DNA of 63,683 bases, filler included, from Lenisia limosa (Eukaryota; Protista; Breviatea), in the NCBI GenBank assembly GCA_001655205.1. It is 8 parts of 8 records of this genome, joined end to end, with 100 filler letters (N's around TTAATTAATTAA, not from the genome) between each part and the next. Parts side by side here need not be neighbours in the genome. Positions count along the whole stretch, not along the records: positions 58,864 to 63,683 come from LPNZ01003121.1; 7 more parts are not named here. One strand, given 5' to 3'. Below, piece after piece: positions 61,367-63,683 of this stretch. The position numbers and the translations under genes are program-made. Each line of letters starts with the position of its first letter. Positions within the stretch are counted from its first letter, which is position 1. Below the pieces are notes generated by a model. The model ran no database searches, was not told where the DNA came from, and saw nothing but the letters and a program-made list of their open reading frames with translations.

Positions 61367-63340
61367 ATGACGGAAACACAAGCAGCCATTACAGAGGCGT
61401 GGAAGGAAGCCGCTTCACAGCCCCTTTCTGAGGTTGGATGGATTTGTAAGAGCATTACATATCATATCACTTTTTGGATCATTTTCACACGTGTGAGCTA
61501 TTTTTCCACGCAGTGATATGACACCTCATATCCACTCGTATGATAATGGACCAAAAAGACTCAATGATACTCTGATACACTCGGGACTAACCCTCGTGTT
61601 ATCTTCGTTCATCATTTCGACTTGAAAGTCGGTCATACATATGATCATATTTTCACCCTTTCAGGTTGCTAATGAGATGAGGAATGTTCTAGATATCTCC
61701 ACAATCGCACTACTTCTCTCAGTTATCAAAATCTCCCTCAGAAACCCATTCAATAGGTGAGCATCCCCACCGCATTACATGTAGTCTACAAATGATGAGC
61801 ACATTAAACATCATCAACCTTCAGAACGCTCTACCCCCGGGATGGGATGAGTCTATTCGAATCTTGCCTGATGCTCCAACCTAATATAGCTACTGAAGCT
61901 GCCGGAGGTTCGTCTTCTCTATTATTTACCTCTTCAGCGCTGTTAAATTTTTGCCTTACTACGGAGTTGGTTCCAATTGTTGCGTCCGAAGGTATTTTGG
62001 GAAATTGTTTTTATACCTTTCTGAAGTCAGTTCTATTGACCCCTCAGGTACGATTAAAGCCTTGGTACACGCAGCAAACACGGAATCTGTTCTTTTACAG
62101 ACGTCCGCTCTTGGGGCCTTGCAGGTTTGTCCAAGCTTCTCAGAAATCGTTCAGAAAGAATTTCTAAATTGACCCCCCCCCCNNNNNNNNNNNNNNNNNN
62201 NNNNNNNNNNNNNNNNNNNNNNNNNNNNNNNNNNNNNNNGCTCTTGTAACATGTGCTAAAGTGGGCGTTTCTTGTTGCTGTTTTTTACGGTTTTCATTCT
62301 GCATCATGCATAGAGCATTATATTAAGTCCACAGTACATCTTACGATGCATTTTCATCTGACCTGGACCTGACCATCTCAGGCTTTGAAGTCGCCATCAA
62401 CCCGGTTGGTCCAAAGAGCAATTGGAGTCATTCATAACCTGTCCGCAAGCAACCTGGCTATCAATGTGGGGCAATGGACTGGAATAATGTTGACTCCATA
62501 GCATCTCAAGTTATTTTATCTATCTATCCCAATATCATGTGGAATGCTCCAACATCTTTCTTGCATCTTTTTTATTTTTCTTTCACCATCTAGGTAATGA
62601 AGGATAACCTCTTCATCGTACCACTGATTGTGAAATCAGTTGCTTCCCAGAATACACTTATTGCAGGGTAAGTGGGGTCTGGGTTATCAAGGTCATACCG
62701 CCATATTTGTTTATTGATCTTTCAGATCTGCAGCAGGAACTATTCACAATCTCAGCAAGGTACGTGAACTGGGTTGAGTGGTTTGAAGACAGAAAAATGT
62801 CCTATTTTGTGTGTTGTAACATATCAGGATGCTGTTCTCAAACACGAGTTAACTGTAAAGCATTCGGTGACTGAGGTTGGTAGAAGTCCATGTGTCATGT
62901 TGGATATTGCCCCCTTTACCCTCAGGTGTTAGCATCCTTGGTGTATTCGAAGGACATCGGAGTTCAAACTTGTGCTGTGGTAGGACAACTGGGTTCTACT
63001 TTTATTTGATATGAAAGTGGCTTGCAGTAAAACTGAATCTATATCTAGGCTAAGGGTGTGAAAGCAGCATTACAGCCGCAATCTTAACAGGCTTTATCGA
63101 TTTAGAGTGCTCTGTGGAGTCTTTTCAAGGGATCGGAAGCAGACACCCGTGGGAGGGGATTTTGCATTGCCTCAGTGAACTTAAGTGATCTTTTAGTTAC
63201 TGGTCGGGCAGCATTGAGAAGGTTCCTTGTTTCGGCCGTGGCTACTGGTGTTCTAATGGGTAGGGGTTGTCAAGCCTCATTGCTGTAGACTGTTACGATG
63301 ACATTACCTGATCTAACGGACGGATGAGATTACGCTCTTC
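61367..63340 (+). CDS. Armadillo/HEAT-repeat protein (end approximate)
   Basis: GTIKALVHAANTESVLLQTSALGALQ, ALKSPSTRLVQRAIGVIHNLS, IVPLIVKSVAS...SAAGTIHNLSK, VLASLVYSKDIGVQTCAV. Confidence 0.7.
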
Positions 63341-63683
63341 TTCGCTGAAGGAAGCCGTGACAAAACGTCATGCCAAGGGGCCCTGAAGGAGAGCCTCAAT
63401 AATGACCACTGGCTCTTCGATTGCGGACAGTCTTATTTGTTGTTGTTTCGGTATCCAATTTGCTTTTGAAAATTAATACCACTTATTTTCCAAAATTTTT
63501 TTAAAAAAATAATACAAAACTAAATACAGTAATCCTAACATACTCATACACCAAAAGAAAAAAAGAAAAAACTCCGCCTAGTTCAAAACAGCTCCGTGTT
63601 GCCATCCAGTGACATCTCAGTCATAACGTCATCATGGCGCTCGTTACGCGAATTGGCGCGGACTCCGAGCCCTAACGCCGTAC

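Noticed and set aside
56228-63683. Functional clustering of the FHA-GAF gene with RPB1, or of any genes across blocks
   Set aside because: The genes are separated by artificial spacers; physical linkage is not established.

Overview
Fragmented draft-assembly window from an intron-rich unicellular eukaryote; the taxon cannot be determined from the sequence alone. The supplied ORF track is mostly uninformative because genes are split into many short exons by short GT-AG introns (about 45-300 nt). I assembled gene models by hand from splice sites and conserved motifs. The window is 8 blocks joined by artificial 100-nt spacers (44N-TTAATTAATTAA-44N), so adjacency across spacers is not evidence of linkage. 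The genetic code appears standard: TAA, TAG and TGA all end genes. Recognisable genes: TFIIS (3' end), a REV7-like HORMA protein, AP-1 mu, CTP synthase (3' part), an M1 aminopeptidase, a secreted fibrinogen-related-domain protein, protein-L-isoaspartate methyltransferase, an ankyrin-repeat protein, an FHA+GAF protein, RPB1 (5' part) and an armadillo-repeat protein, plus several low-complexity hypothetical genes. The most distinctive non-coding content is a dense set of small mobile elements, mostly intronic: an ~100-bp hAT-like MITE (11 copies, 8-bp TSD, shared core with two terminal types), a CAGTG/TA MITE, a CACTA-ended MITE, a ~650-bp TIR element, a TIR-less ~190-bp repeat, and decayed LINE fragments. 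Many introns have G-rich 5' ends and C-run 3' ends. I found no clearly novel multi-gene system; the best leads are listed with tests.
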